This document shows positions 1 through 8,472 of a DNA stretch of 20,933 nucleotides, piece after piece. The DNA lies in sequence record DRR723986_5010. The stretch is one strand, 5' to 3'. The notes beneath the pieces are model-generated. The model was not told the DNA's origin. It searched no databases and saw only the letters and a list, made by a program, of their open reading frames with translations. Each line of letters begins with the position of its first letter. The stretch's first letter is position 1. A program made the position numbers and the translations under genes.

Positions 1-2005
1 CGTCGCGCGATGTGAATCGTTGGAACTTCTTGCCGTCGAAGCAAAGCACTCCGTACCCATCGACCGTGAACCACTTGTTTCCCTTGCGATCTATCAGCGT
101 CAGTGACGCTTCGCCGGCGTGAATCGCGTGAGACGAGATCGAGTTTCTGTCAATCGGAAGATCAAAACGAGAAAACCGTCCATCCAGCCAACGAAAAACA
201 CCTGAACGCATACTGGCCCAGATCACTCCGTCCCGATCGGCAAATACGTTGCCTCCGCCCGGAGGAAACGGCGACCGTCTCTCTTCGACAATCTGTAGTC
301 CCTCCGATGCACCAAATCGCCTGATAGTCTTGCCGTCGTAGCGGCAGATACCTTCCTGTGTCCCAATCCAAAGTTTCCCGCCGGTGTCCTCAGCAAAACT
401 GGTGACGCCGCCTCCTGGAAGTCCGTCATCCCGAGTCAGATAGGTGATGGATTTCCCATCATAGCGAGCAGCTCCTTTGCTCATGGTTCCGAACCACAAG
501 TTGCCATTTTTGTCCTCGTAGATTTGAACGACGTATTGCCCAATCTGACGGGTGACATCCGGAATAACGGATTTGCCGGGCGGCGTGAGCGGCTTGAGCT
601 GTCGTCGTAGCCAGTTCACCATCTGTTTTCTCTCGCCGGCAGTCGGCTGGTCCGCGCCCTTCGGAGGCATCGATCCCCGTTCCAGCTCCCTCACAACGCT
701 GACGAAACGATGTCGGTAGTCGGCAAACCGCTCCTCAGTCTTCAGGTTCATGAAGTTGAGTCCGTTCGTGTTTTCACCAGCGTGGCAATCATTGCAATAC
801 TGAACCAACAGCGGTCGAATCTCGTGTGCGAACGTATCAGCAGACGCGTCAACGGTTACCTCTGGTTGAGCTAGTCGCGGAACCTCAACTGCCTCCTCAA
901 TCTGCGCGGTATTGTTGCTGCTGAGAATGCTACTCTGCTCAAACTCCAGCAAAGCGATGGCAGCCCATGCCGTGCCCCAATACGATGCCGTATCAACAAC
1001 GTTGTCGCGGTCGTTAACTTTGGTTCCGGTAACGTCCCAAGAACCATCTGCGTTCTGCGTTTCGGAGAGGAATGTGATTGCTTCTTGCACAGGTTTGTTG
1101 GCGTACGACAGACCATCTCGAGCGAGCGCATAAAGTGCGATTCCTGTGCCAAGAGCGTCACTGGGATCATCCACGAGCCAACCCCAACCGCCATCGGCAT
1201 GCTGAGCAGCCAGCAGATCACTGCGCAGCGCCTGTACTCGTGAAGAGGTTCCGAATTGCAGTTCAAAGATCAGGCGGACTGCCAGCCATTCGGTGGACTT
1301 CGGTTTTGTCCCCTCCTTCAGAAATTCTTGTGCATTCGCGTACAACTGGTCCAGTTTCGGCTTCTCTAAACCGGCATCCTGTAAAGCCAACAGAGTCCAC
1401 ATGGTTGTCACTTCGGTGGTTTCACTTAGCGGCCGCTTCTGCTTTGGAAGCTGTCCGACCGGTTCCCATGATCCGTCATCACGTTGAGCACGGGCAAGAT
1501 GCTCTCGATACGTAACAACCCAATCGAGCTTGCCGTGTGACTTGTCCGCAGCAGTTTGGTAATCAGCCCGGTTGGCGGAGATGCCTCGCGATCGACCAAG
1601 GAGTAACTGCGCTAGCGTATCGCTTTCCTTCGTCAGCGCTTCCACCATGGAAGTTGTGCTTCGACGCTCAGGTGCGACAAGATGCTCCCATGTTGTAGCC
1701 CAGTGATTCCACTCCGCCAGTTGATCATGGTCCGTCTCGTACCCGCGCTCTGCGGCCCGATTGAGAGCCCACACTTGAAAAGAAACCCGGTGACAGGACA
1801 GACAGTCATTTTCGCTTATCCACGACTGCCCACCCTCGCGGATTGGAGACAAGCTGCTAGCGACGACCTTGCGAGCGACCTCGGCCGCCACTTTCGCGGC
1901 ACTCACCTCCTCAACAGGACCAGCCACTCCGACTGAGCACCAAGAAGTGGGAAGCAGCACTATCCAAGCAAGGGCGACGAAGCTGGTCCAAGTCGAGTTC
2001 TTCAT
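1..2005 (-). CDS. Secreted multidomain protein, 3' end beyond the window: signal peptide + prenyltransferase/squalene-cyclase-like QW-repeat domain with CxxCH + planctomycete-type cytochrome c + two-component-regulator-type beta-propeller repeats
   Basis: Manual translation from ATG at 2005 gives 668 codons with no stop to the window edge (MKNSTWTSFVALAWIVLLPTSWCSVGVAG...FDGKKFQRFTSRD). Motifs: CLSCH (1790-1804); QW repeats QRDDGSW (1466-1486), QHADGGW (1184-1204), QNADGSW (1037-1057); FAHEIRPLLVQYCNDCH (CNDCH at 782-796) with MPP (662-670); then IYEDKNGNLWFGT, FAEDTGGKLWIGT, FADRDGVIW, LIDRKGNKWF repeats. Confidence 0.9.
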   Translation of the reverse strand, partial: MKNSTWTSFVALAWIVLLPTSWCSVGVAGPVEEVSAAKVAAEVARKVVASSLSPIREGGQSWISENDCLSCHRVSFQVWALNRAAERGYETDHDQLAEWNHWATTWEHLVAPERRSTTSMVEALTKESDTLAQLLLGRSRGISANRADYQTAADKSHGKLDWVVTYREHLARAQRDDGSWEPVGQLPKQKRPLSETTEVTTMWTLLALQDAGLEKPKLDQLYANAQEFLKEGTKPKSTEWLAVRLIFELQFGTSSRVQALRSDLLAAQHADGGWGWLVDDPSDALGTGIALYALARDGLSYANKPVQEAITFLSETQNADGSWDVTGTKVNDRDNVVDTASYWGTAWAAIALLEFEQSSILSSNNTAQIEEAVEVPRLAQPEVTVDASADTFAHEIRPLLVQYCNDCHAGENTNGLNFMNLKTEERFADYRHRFVSVVRELERGSMPPKGADQPTAGERKQMVNWLRRQLKPLTPPGKSVIPDVTRQIGQYVVQIYEDKNGNLWFGTMSKGAARYDGKSITYLTRDDGLPGGGVTSFAEDTGGKLWIGTQEGICRYDGKTIRRFGASEGLQIVEERRSPFPPGGGNVFADRDGVIWASMRSGVFRWLDGRFSRFDLPIDRNSISSHAIHAGEASLTLIDRKGNKWFTVDGYGVLCFDGKKFQRFTSRD

Positions 2006-2062
2006 TGAGGGGGCTTTCTACATTATTGACCGTGTTCGCCTGCGATAAATGGTACGTAACCT

Positions 2063-2080
2063 TAACGCAGCGGCGTTACA
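2063..2080 (-). promoter_or_regulatory. Candidate ECF promoter element or operator, copy 1 (TGTAACGCCGCTGCGTTA on the minus strand)
   Basis: 16/18 identical to 4691-4708; lies 58-75 nt upstream of the ATG at 2005; TGTAAC is followed after 18 nt by CGTA, resembling ECF -35/-10 boxes but with a longer spacer than usual. Confidence 0.5.
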
Positions 2081-2156
2081 GCAACTCTTCAGACTGCGGT
2101 CAGTTGCCTTCAACCGCGACATCGCCGTTTAAGCTTCCTTCACCGTCACTTGTTCG

Positions 2157-2765
2157 TCAGTCGCTGTCGCCAAGTTCATCTCGCAGGCGACTCAGCACGC
2201 GTGATTTGGCGACGCGCACTGTGCCAGGTTTCATATCGAGCTCGGCAGCCACATCGACCGTCGCCCGCCCTTCAACGACTGTCATCCAGAACGCCTGCCA
2301 AGTCCGTTGCTCGAAGTGCTCCTTGATGAGTCCGAGCGCGCGGGACAGGATTGCCGTCTCGGTTGCATCAGCAGCAGGGCAATCATCCACGGCTTTCTCA
2401 GCAGCAGGCAATTCGGCGAGGCGAGCCTGTGCCTCGGTCCCGCCAGCACCAGTCTCCCGTTTCGCACGGAAGTGATCCATCACCTTGTTGCGCGTGACGG
2501 TTCGCAACCACCCGCGGAACGTATCGGATTTGCGAGTTCTGCGAAACTGGTGCAAGCTTGTCGCGACCACCTGGAACACTTCCTGCAAGACATCTGGGAT
2601 CTCTTGTTCACTTAGCTTGTAATGATGGCACCACTGCACGACAGCAGGCGCATAAAGGTCGACCAGTCTGTTCCAGGCAGCAGGATCTTGTCGTCGGAGC
2701 GCATCGATCAACGTTGGTGATGTCGCGTTTCGGTCCGCAGAGTCTTTATTACGACTGTCGGTCAC
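2157..2765 (-). CDS. ECF-type RNA polymerase sigma-70 factor (kinase-associated type)
   Basis: Region 2 AWNRLVDLY...DVLQEVF...[19 protein letters not shown]; region 4 [12 protein letters not shown]...[24 protein letters not shown]; its GTG start overlaps the kinase TGA stop (GTGA, 2765-2762). Confidence 0.93.
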   Translation of the reverse strand: MTDSRNKDSADRNATSPTLIDALRRQDPAAWNRLVDLYAPAVVQWCHHYKLSEQEIPDVLQEVFQVVATSLHQFRRTRKSDTFRGWLRTVTRNKVMDHFRAKRETGAGGTEAQARLAELPAAEKAVDDCPAADATETAILSRALGLIKEHFEQRTWQAFWMTVVEGRATVDVAAELDMKPGTVRVAKSRVLSRLRDELGDSD

Positions 2766-4642
2766 AGAAATGCTCTCCGTCCACGTCGTGTTCGCAGCAG
2801 AATGGCGAATGCCAAAGAGGTGAGTCCCACTGCAAGGACGCCGACCAACAGGAATGCGCCTCGCAGCCCAGCCGCAGTGCGCTGTTCGTCCCCGGCTAAC
2901 GGATGAGTGATCTCAAGAACGCCTCGCACGTCCCCTTCTCGCCAATCGTCCTTAGGCGTTTGTGGATGTGAGTTGTGACATTGCACGCAACTTTCTGTCA
3001 TCACTCGTGCCGTTGCATATCTTAGTACAGGTCGCCCTCCGAGTTCTTCAAATCTGTAGAAAGGCAGCTCGGGTTTCATATTCAAGGTCCGGAGAGCATC
3101 GTGCTGGAACGAATCTCTTGGTCCCCCGTCTTCACGCCACGGAAATGGATGTTCGCTGAAGAGCTGAACGTTTAGCCCGTCGCCAACACATCCCATGCGT
3201 CGGCCAGCTTCGATCGTGAAACTGGCCGGGAAAAGTACAGGTTTCTCGTTTGCTTCGTACTCTTTGGTCGTACCTACAGACTGGGGATCAAGCCGGGCGG
3301 CCCCTTCGCTGTACAATGTGTTGAACTGTTCAATGGCGTCGGCCTGTAGTCGAACGCTTTCGAGTGCAGACTGTTGCACTAATGAGCGAGACAGAAACGA
3401 CAGATACATGAAACCAACCAGCGAACCAACTGTCACCCCGGCCAGGATGGATGCTGCCGCGGGATTCTTTGAACACCAGTTTTTCAGTCGCCTTGGCCAG
3501 CCAGGTGGCGAGGCATGAACCGGTTCCCCGCTGAGGAAACGCTGCAAATCTTCGTTCATTGCTATTGCCGATTGGTACCGATCCTGTGGGCGAACAGCCA
3601 TCGCCTTCAAACAAACTGCCTGCAACGCGGGTGCAATCGACTCGACTAAGCGACGGGGTTCTTGCGGATCACCTTCCAGTACCTGAAGCAGAATCATGCG
3701 ACGATTCCCCTGAAACGGACGCTCGCCTGTCAACAATTCGTACAAAATCACTCCCAGGCTGTAGATATCGCTGCGAGCATCTGCATTGTGCGCGTCTCCT
3801 CGCGCCTGTTCAGGAGACATATACGCAGGTGTGCCCATCACCTCGCCTGGAGCTGTCAACGTCACGTCACCTCCATCGAAGCGAGCAAGTCCAAAGTCAG
3901 CGACATGCGGTGCTCCAGTTGGATCGATCAAGATATTCGACGGCTTCAAATCACGATGAATGACGCCTTGACGATGGGTTGCATCTAGGGCCTCAGCGAT
4001 GCTCGAAATCAGCTTTGCCGCGTCACCCTGATCAATGTGCCCGCCCGCAGCTTGCTGTTCAAGTGTTACTCCATCGACGAACTCGCTCACGATATATCGA
4101 ACGCCACCTTCAGTGCGATTCACCTCAAGCAGTTTCACGATTCCGGGATGCTGTAGTTCAGCGATCGCCCGCGCCTCACGTTGGAACCGATCATCAATTG
4201 CCACAGATTTTGGTTGACTGTGACGTTCGATCTTCAATGCCACACGATGATCATTTTCAGGGTCATAGGCTTTAAACACATGTCCGAATGAGCCGATGCC
4301 CAGTTCTTTGATCAAGACATAGCGCCCAACGCGACACTCACCGATCGCAAGGCGTTCGACAAGGACACGTCCTTGATCGATTCCAAGAGCCTTCAGACTC
4401 GATACGTCCAAAGTATCTTCGTTAGCATTCGATCTGCGGAGGCTCTGCCCGCCGGGTTGAAATTTCAGGCTTCGCAAGCCTTCCGCCAACGGATCGATAT
4501 CGTTCTCAAATCGCTCAAGTGTCTCTTGGCAGTGACTGCACTCTTCAACGTGCGCCGCAATCTCGTCAGTCGTTGCCTGGTTCAGTCGCCCCCAGGCAAA
4601 CTGCTGTAAGCTTGATATTTCGGGGCAACCGCTTCCGAACAC
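2762..4642 (-). CDS. Membrane Ser/Thr protein kinase with N-terminal ZAS-like motif and periplasmic DUF3365-like c-type heme domain
   Basis: Hanks motifs [50 protein letters not shown] at 4529-4552; two hydrophobic segments flank the domain [20 protein letters not shown]...[13 protein letters not shown] (CVQCH at 2975-2989). Start placed at GTG 4642 (GGAAGG upstream) rather than the track's 4684. Confidence 0.92.
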   Translation of the reverse strand: MFGSGCPEISSLQQFAWGRLNQATTDEIAAHVEECSHCQETLERFENDIDPLAEGLRSLKFQPGGQSLRRSNANEDTLDVSSLKALGIDQGRVLVERLAIGECRVGRYVLIKELGIGSFGHVFKAYDPENDHRVALKIERHSQPKSVAIDDRFQREARAIAELQHPGIVKLLEVNRTEGGVRYIVSEFVDGVTLEQQAAGGHIDQGDAAKLISSIAEALDATHRQGVIHRDLKPSNILIDPTGAPHVADFGLARFDGGDVTLTAPGEVMGTPAYMSPEQARGDAHNADARSDIYSLGVILYELLTGERPFQGNRRMILLQVLEGDPQEPRRLVESIAPALQAVCLKAMAVRPQDRYQSAIAMNEDLQRFLSGEPVHASPPGWPRRLKNWCSKNPAAASILAGVTVGSLVGFMYLSFLSRSLVQQSALESVRLQADAIEQFNTLYSEGAARLDPQSVGTTKEYEANEKPVLFPASFTIEAGRRMGCVGDGLNVQLFSEHPFPWREDGGPRDSFQHDALRTLNMKPELPFYRFEELGGRPVLRYATARVMTESCVQCHNSHPQTPKDDWREGDVRGVLEITHPLAGDEQRTAAGLRGAFLLVGVLAVGLTSLAFAILLRTRRGRRAFL

Positions 4643-4687
4643 GAAGATATTCCTTCCAGGGAGAAACAAAAATCCGACTATCACATA

Positions 4688-4709
4688 GTGTAACGGAGCT
4701 GCGTTACAC
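4688..4709. promoter_or_regulatory. Perfect 8-bp inverted repeat GTGTAACG-N6-CGTTACAC; candidate ECF promoter element or operator, copy 2
   Basis: Read directly in the divergent kinase/xylR intergenic region, about 46 nt upstream of the kinase GTG; matches 2063-2080 at 16/18. Confidence 0.55.
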
Positions 4710-4895
4710 GGAATTTTTCGTTGGCGGCGATTGCAGTCTAACTGCGTCTCTCGACCACTACTTAAGCCTCATGCGGTCTCTTACTCGCGAAAGACGAATT
4801 CCTGACCGATCCAAAGCGGATTGAAACGCAGACTTGAATCCCATCGCTCCCACCGTCACTATCCACGGAAAGAACGGACAGGCTATGATGGATTC

Positions 4896-6044
4896 ATGAA
4901 ACGTCATGTCGCACTCATCATCGAAACATCCAGTGGCTACGGACGCGATCTCATGTCTGGGATCGTCAAATTCATGCGGATGCATGATGAGTGGTCCGTC
5001 TTTCTGGAGCAGCGCGACCTGTGGAAGCAGCCGCCAGCTTGGCTGAATAGTTGGCAGGGCGATGGCGTGATCTCCCGCGCGACAACTCCCAAACTGATCG
5101 AGGCGATTGAAAGGAACGGCGTGCCACTGGTCGAAGTTACCGATCGCCGCGGCGATGGTGACCTGCCACAAGTCCGCAGTGATGACGATGCAATTGGTCG
5201 TATAGGTGCAGAACATCTTCTGGAAAGAGGCTTTAGTCGATTCGCCTTCTGTGGATTCAAGAATGAAGCGTGGTCCGAGCGGCGAGGCGCTGCGTTCGCC
5301 GCCGAGCTCCAGCGCCGTGGCCATGACTGCTCGGATTATGTTTCGGCGTGGCATGGTCGTGGCGCTCGCGATTGGGAGACCGAGCAAAAGCACATCGCTG
5401 ACTGGCTCGCAAAATTGACACCTCCGTTTTCAGTATTGGCCTGCAACGACGTCCGTGGACAACATGTCATTGACGCCTGTTCAAAACTGAGGCTTTCCGT
5501 TCCGGAGCAAGTTGCCGTTCTGGGCGTTGACAACGATGACCTGCTTTGTCGAGTCTGTTCGCCTCCGCTGTCGAGCGTGATTCCGAATGCTCAGGCCGTT
5601 GGTTTCGCTGCCGCAGAGATGTTGGCTTCGATGATGAGCGGCGATTTGTCACCGAGGGAAACAAGATTGGTACAGCCCGTTGGCGTCGCAACGCGCCAGT
5701 CGACCGACGTTGTCGCGATTGACGACCCTGAGGTTGCTGCTGCACTGCAATTCATCCGAGAGCACGCATGCCGAGGCGTTAGCGTCGACGAAGTTGTCCG
5801 CAACAGCACGGTTTCTCGCAGCACCCTGGAGCGGCAGGTCCGCAAGTTCCTTGGCCGGACTCCGCAGGAAGAGATTCGTCGGGTGCAGATCAAGCGGGCT
5901 CAAGAGTTGATCCTATCAACGGATCTATCCGCGGAGCAAATCGCCCTTCTATGTGGATTTGAGTACCCCGAGTATTTCTACACCGTTTTCAAACGCGTGA
6001 CCGGGGTTACGACAACAGAGTTTCGCTCCAAATCAAAGCCCTAG
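4896..6044 (+). CDS. xylR: XylR-family transcriptional regulator (LacI-type sugar-binding domain + C-terminal AraC HTH)
   Basis: MKRHVALIIETSSGYGRDLMSGI, HLLERGFSRFAFCG, VPEQVAVLGVDND, PPLSSV, RQSTD, SRSTLERQ...GRTPQEEIRRVQI...CGFEYPEYF. Start moved to ATG 4896. The symbol denotes the family; the effector is unknown. Confidence 0.9.
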   Translation: MKRHVALIIETSSGYGRDLMSGIVKFMRMHDEWSVFLEQRDLWKQPPAWLNSWQGDGVISRATTPKLIEAIERNGVPLVEVTDRRGDGDLPQVRSDDDAIGRIGAEHLLERGFSRFAFCGFKNEAWSERRGAAFAAELQRRGHDCSDYVSAWHGRGARDWETEQKHIADWLAKLTPPFSVLACNDVRGQHVIDACSKLRLSVPEQVAVLGVDNDDLLCRVCSPPLSSVIPNAQAVGFAAAEMLASMMSGDLSPRETRLVQPVGVATRQSTDVVAIDDPEVAAALQFIREHACRGVSVDEVVRNSTVSRSTLERQVRKFLGRTPQEEIRRVQIKRAQELILSTDLSAEQIALLCGFEYPEYFYTVFKRVTGVTTTEFRSKSKP

Positions 6045-6309
6045 ACCGCCGCTTCGCTAGTGACAAAATATTCTAGGCAACGGACGTCGTGCTTCATGGT
6101 GTGGCGCTCAATCATCGGTCACAATGGGCTACTAACATCCGTAGCGGTAGAACTCCGTGAAGTGACTAGTAGTTGAACGTCGAACGCCTCCTGTGCCCCT
6201 TATCTGCCGGTGGATTCAGTTCTGCCGCGTGGCAGACCGTTCGCCACAATTCAAAATTGAAAACTGTGCAGCACTATCCCCAGCCGCAGCAACACGAGCA
6301 GTGAAGACT

Positions 6310-7131
6310 ATGCAGGAATCACCCGGACAACAGCGGCCGCTTCAAGGCAAGAGTGCAATTGTCACTGGAGGTAGTAAGGGAATCGGAGCCGCGATTTCAT
6401 TGGCACTAGCACAAGCCGGTGCAGACGTTGCGCTCAACTTCTCCGGTTCTTTAGGAGCAGCGGAGCAAGTCGCTGAGCAGTGTCGTGGGTTTGGAGTTCA
6501 GGCTCGTCTGGCACAATCCGATGTTGGCGTTCAATCTGAAGTTGAGCGCATCGTAAAGGAAACGGTTGACGAATTCGGAGGCTTGGATATTGCGGTTTCC
6601 AATGCAGCTTATAGCGACCGCGAGTTATTCTACCAGGCCGATATGCAAGGCTTTGAAAAGACCGTACAGGTCACGATGTGGGGCGCCTTCTACTTACTCA
6701 GGGCCGCTTCGCGTCACATGATCGAGTCGCAAACTCAAGGATCGGTTGTAATCGTCAGTTCGCCTCATAGCTGGCGACCGATTCCCGGCGCGATGGCGTA
6801 CAATATGTCAAAAGCGGCAATCGACCAAATGGCGAAAACTGCGGCTACCGAGTTATGCGACAAACGCATTCGCGTCAACACAATGCACCCCGGGTGGATC
6901 GACACACCTGGCGAACGCAAGTTCTTTAGCGAGGAGAAGCTGTCTGAGAAAGGCGGCGAACTTCCGTGGGGGCGACTCGGCAGGCCAGAGGAAATCGCTC
7001 GAGGTGTGGTGTTCATGTGCGATCCAGCAAGCGACTACATGACCGGAAGCTCAATGTTAATCGATGGCGGCATCGAATTGCCTGTTCAAGAAATGCACCG
7101 GCTGGAGATGCCAACTCAGCCAAGCGATTAG
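6310..7131 (+). CDS. SDR-family NAD(P)-dependent oxidoreductase, glucose-1-dehydrogenase-like sugar dehydrogenase
   Basis: TGGSKGIG Rossmann motif, NAA, SSPH, catalytic YNMSK, PGWIDT, IDGG; likely start ATG 6310 (MQESPG). Confidence 0.9.
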   Translation: MQESPGQQRPLQGKSAIVTGGSKGIGAAISLALAQAGADVALNFSGSLGAAEQVAEQCRGFGVQARLAQSDVGVQSEVERIVKETVDEFGGLDIAVSNAAYSDRELFYQADMQGFEKTVQVTMWGAFYLLRAASRHMIESQTQGSVVIVSSPHSWRPIPGAMAYNMSKAAIDQMAKTAATELCDKRIRVNTMHPGWIDTPGERKFFSEEKLSEKGGELPWGRLGRPEEIARGVVFMCDPASDYMTGSSMLIDGGIELPVQEMHRLEMPTQPSD

Positions 7132-7227
7132 CCAGACCTCAAGGACGCGTTTCAGCAATCCAAAGTCGGCAACACGGACCGAACTTCTGTTGCTCAAACG
7201 ATTCACCGAACAACAAGGAATAACAAC

Positions 7228-8358
7228 ATGCAACCAATCTTCCACAAGCTCTTCGACGGCCTAAACTCGGCGGTAAGATGCATCGTCGTGCTATCGATCT
7301 GCGCAACAACTGCCGTAGCGCAAGTCAAAGACTTCGATTCAATCAAGCTGTATACGCTCGAGAATGAATCCGGGATGACGGTTCGAATTACCAACTACGG
7401 TGCCATCATTACCTCGATTATCGTGCCGGACCGCAGCGGCAAACGCGCTGACATCGCGCTCGGCTACGAGCGTGTCGAGGACTACATCAACGCCGTCGAC
7501 AAGCCTTACTTCGGTGCCGTTGTTGGGCGTTACGGCAATCGCATCGCCAACGGCGAATTCGAGCTCGACGGTGAAACTTACTCGCTGTTGAAAAACAACG
7601 GCCCGAACCATCTGCATGGCGGGGCGATCGGCTTCGACAAAGTGGTTTGGTCGGTGGACGAGTACGCTCCAGGGAAATCACTCGCCCTGTCCTATTTGGC
7701 AAAGGACAAAGAAGAAGGCTATCCGGGAAATCTGTCACTGAAGGTGACTTACACGTTGACAGAGAACAATACGCTAGTCGTTGACTACTTCGCAACCACC
7801 GATAAAGCAACGCCCGTCAATGTCACGCAACACACCTACTTCAACCTGAAAGGTGAAGGCGACGGCACAATTCTCGATCACGAGCTGATGCTGAACGCGA
7901 AACAGTACACTCCAGTAGACGACACCTTAATTCCAACAGGCGAACTGCCAAGTGTGTCAGGGACTCCTTTCGATTTTACGACCGCTAAGCCCATCGGACG
8001 TGACATTGCCCAGGAGAACGAACAACTCAAGTTCGGCGCTGGCTACGACCACAACTGGGTGCTCGACAAAGCAGGCAACCAAGATGCGTTGACGCTAGCT
8101 GCAGTCGTTCACGAACCTTCGAGCGGTCGGGTAATGGAGATCCACACTACTGAACCTGGCGTGCAGTTCTATTGCGGCAATTTTCTGGACGGTCGCCTGA
8201 AGGGCAAGTCTGGCAAAGCATACGTGCATCGTGGCGGCTTTTGCCTCGAAACTCAGCACTATCCAGACAGTCCCAACCAACCCAATTTCCCATCGACGAT
8301 TCTTCGCCCCGGCGAAGAGTATGAGACGCAGACCGTGTTCAAGTTCAGCACGAAGTAA
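7228..8358 (+). CDS. galM: Aldose 1-epimerase (mutarotase) with N-terminal signal peptide
   Basis: YFGAVVGRYGNRIA, NHLHGG, EEGYPGNL, TQHTYFNL, GYDHNW, PGVQFY, CLETQHYPD; AAGGA upstream; hydrophobic N-terminus ending TTAVA-QVK. Confidence 0.95.
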   Translation: MQPIFHKLFDGLNSAVRCIVVLSICATTAVAQVKDFDSIKLYTLENESGMTVRITNYGAIITSIIVPDRSGKRADIALGYERVEDYINAVDKPYFGAVVGRYGNRIANGEFELDGETYSLLKNNGPNHLHGGAIGFDKVVWSVDEYAPGKSLALSYLAKDKEEGYPGNLSLKVTYTLTENNTLVVDYFATTDKATPVNVTQHTYFNLKGEGDGTILDHELMLNAKQYTPVDDTLIPTGELPSVSGTPFDFTTAKPIGRDIAQENEQLKFGAGYDHNWVLDKAGNQDALTLAAVVHEPSSGRVMEIHTTEPGVQFYCGNFLDGRLKGKSGKAYVHRGGFCLETQHYPDSPNQPNFPSTILRPGEEYETQTVFKFSTK

Positions 8359-8472
8359 AGTCGCTCTAGCCCCTCGAGCAGCATGTGAGGCGGCGTACGC
8401 GAAGATGTCTCCAGCGGACGACACCTCCGCTTCCAGGCATGCGAAGCCTTCGAATAGGAAGGACGCGTGCTA

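Noticed and set aside
1030-1500. Calling the QW-repeat protein a squalene-hopene cyclase
   Set aside because: It has only one barrel-sized region, no DxDD motif, and a signal peptide.
103-2475. Many short track ORFs on both strands (for example 871-1266, 1078-1515, 2005-2475)
   Set aside because: They are shadows of the long minus-strand ORF 2005->1 and of the sigma gene, and carry no recognisable motifs.
4758-5393. 211-aa minus-strand ORF
   Set aside because: It is antisense to the well-supported XylR-family gene and has no motifs.
6045-6309. Possible XylR operator, promoter or sRNA (TGACAAAATATTCTAG, several CTAG sites, TCTGCC/GGCAGA hairpin)
   Set aside because: The location is plausible, but I found no clear repeated motif or second copy to support a call.
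8414-8462. Small hairpins (AGCGGA/TCCGCT and CCTTC/GAAGG covering the sulfatase RBS)
   Set aside because: Stems of 5-6 bp are expected by chance; there is no U-tract or riboswitch consensus.
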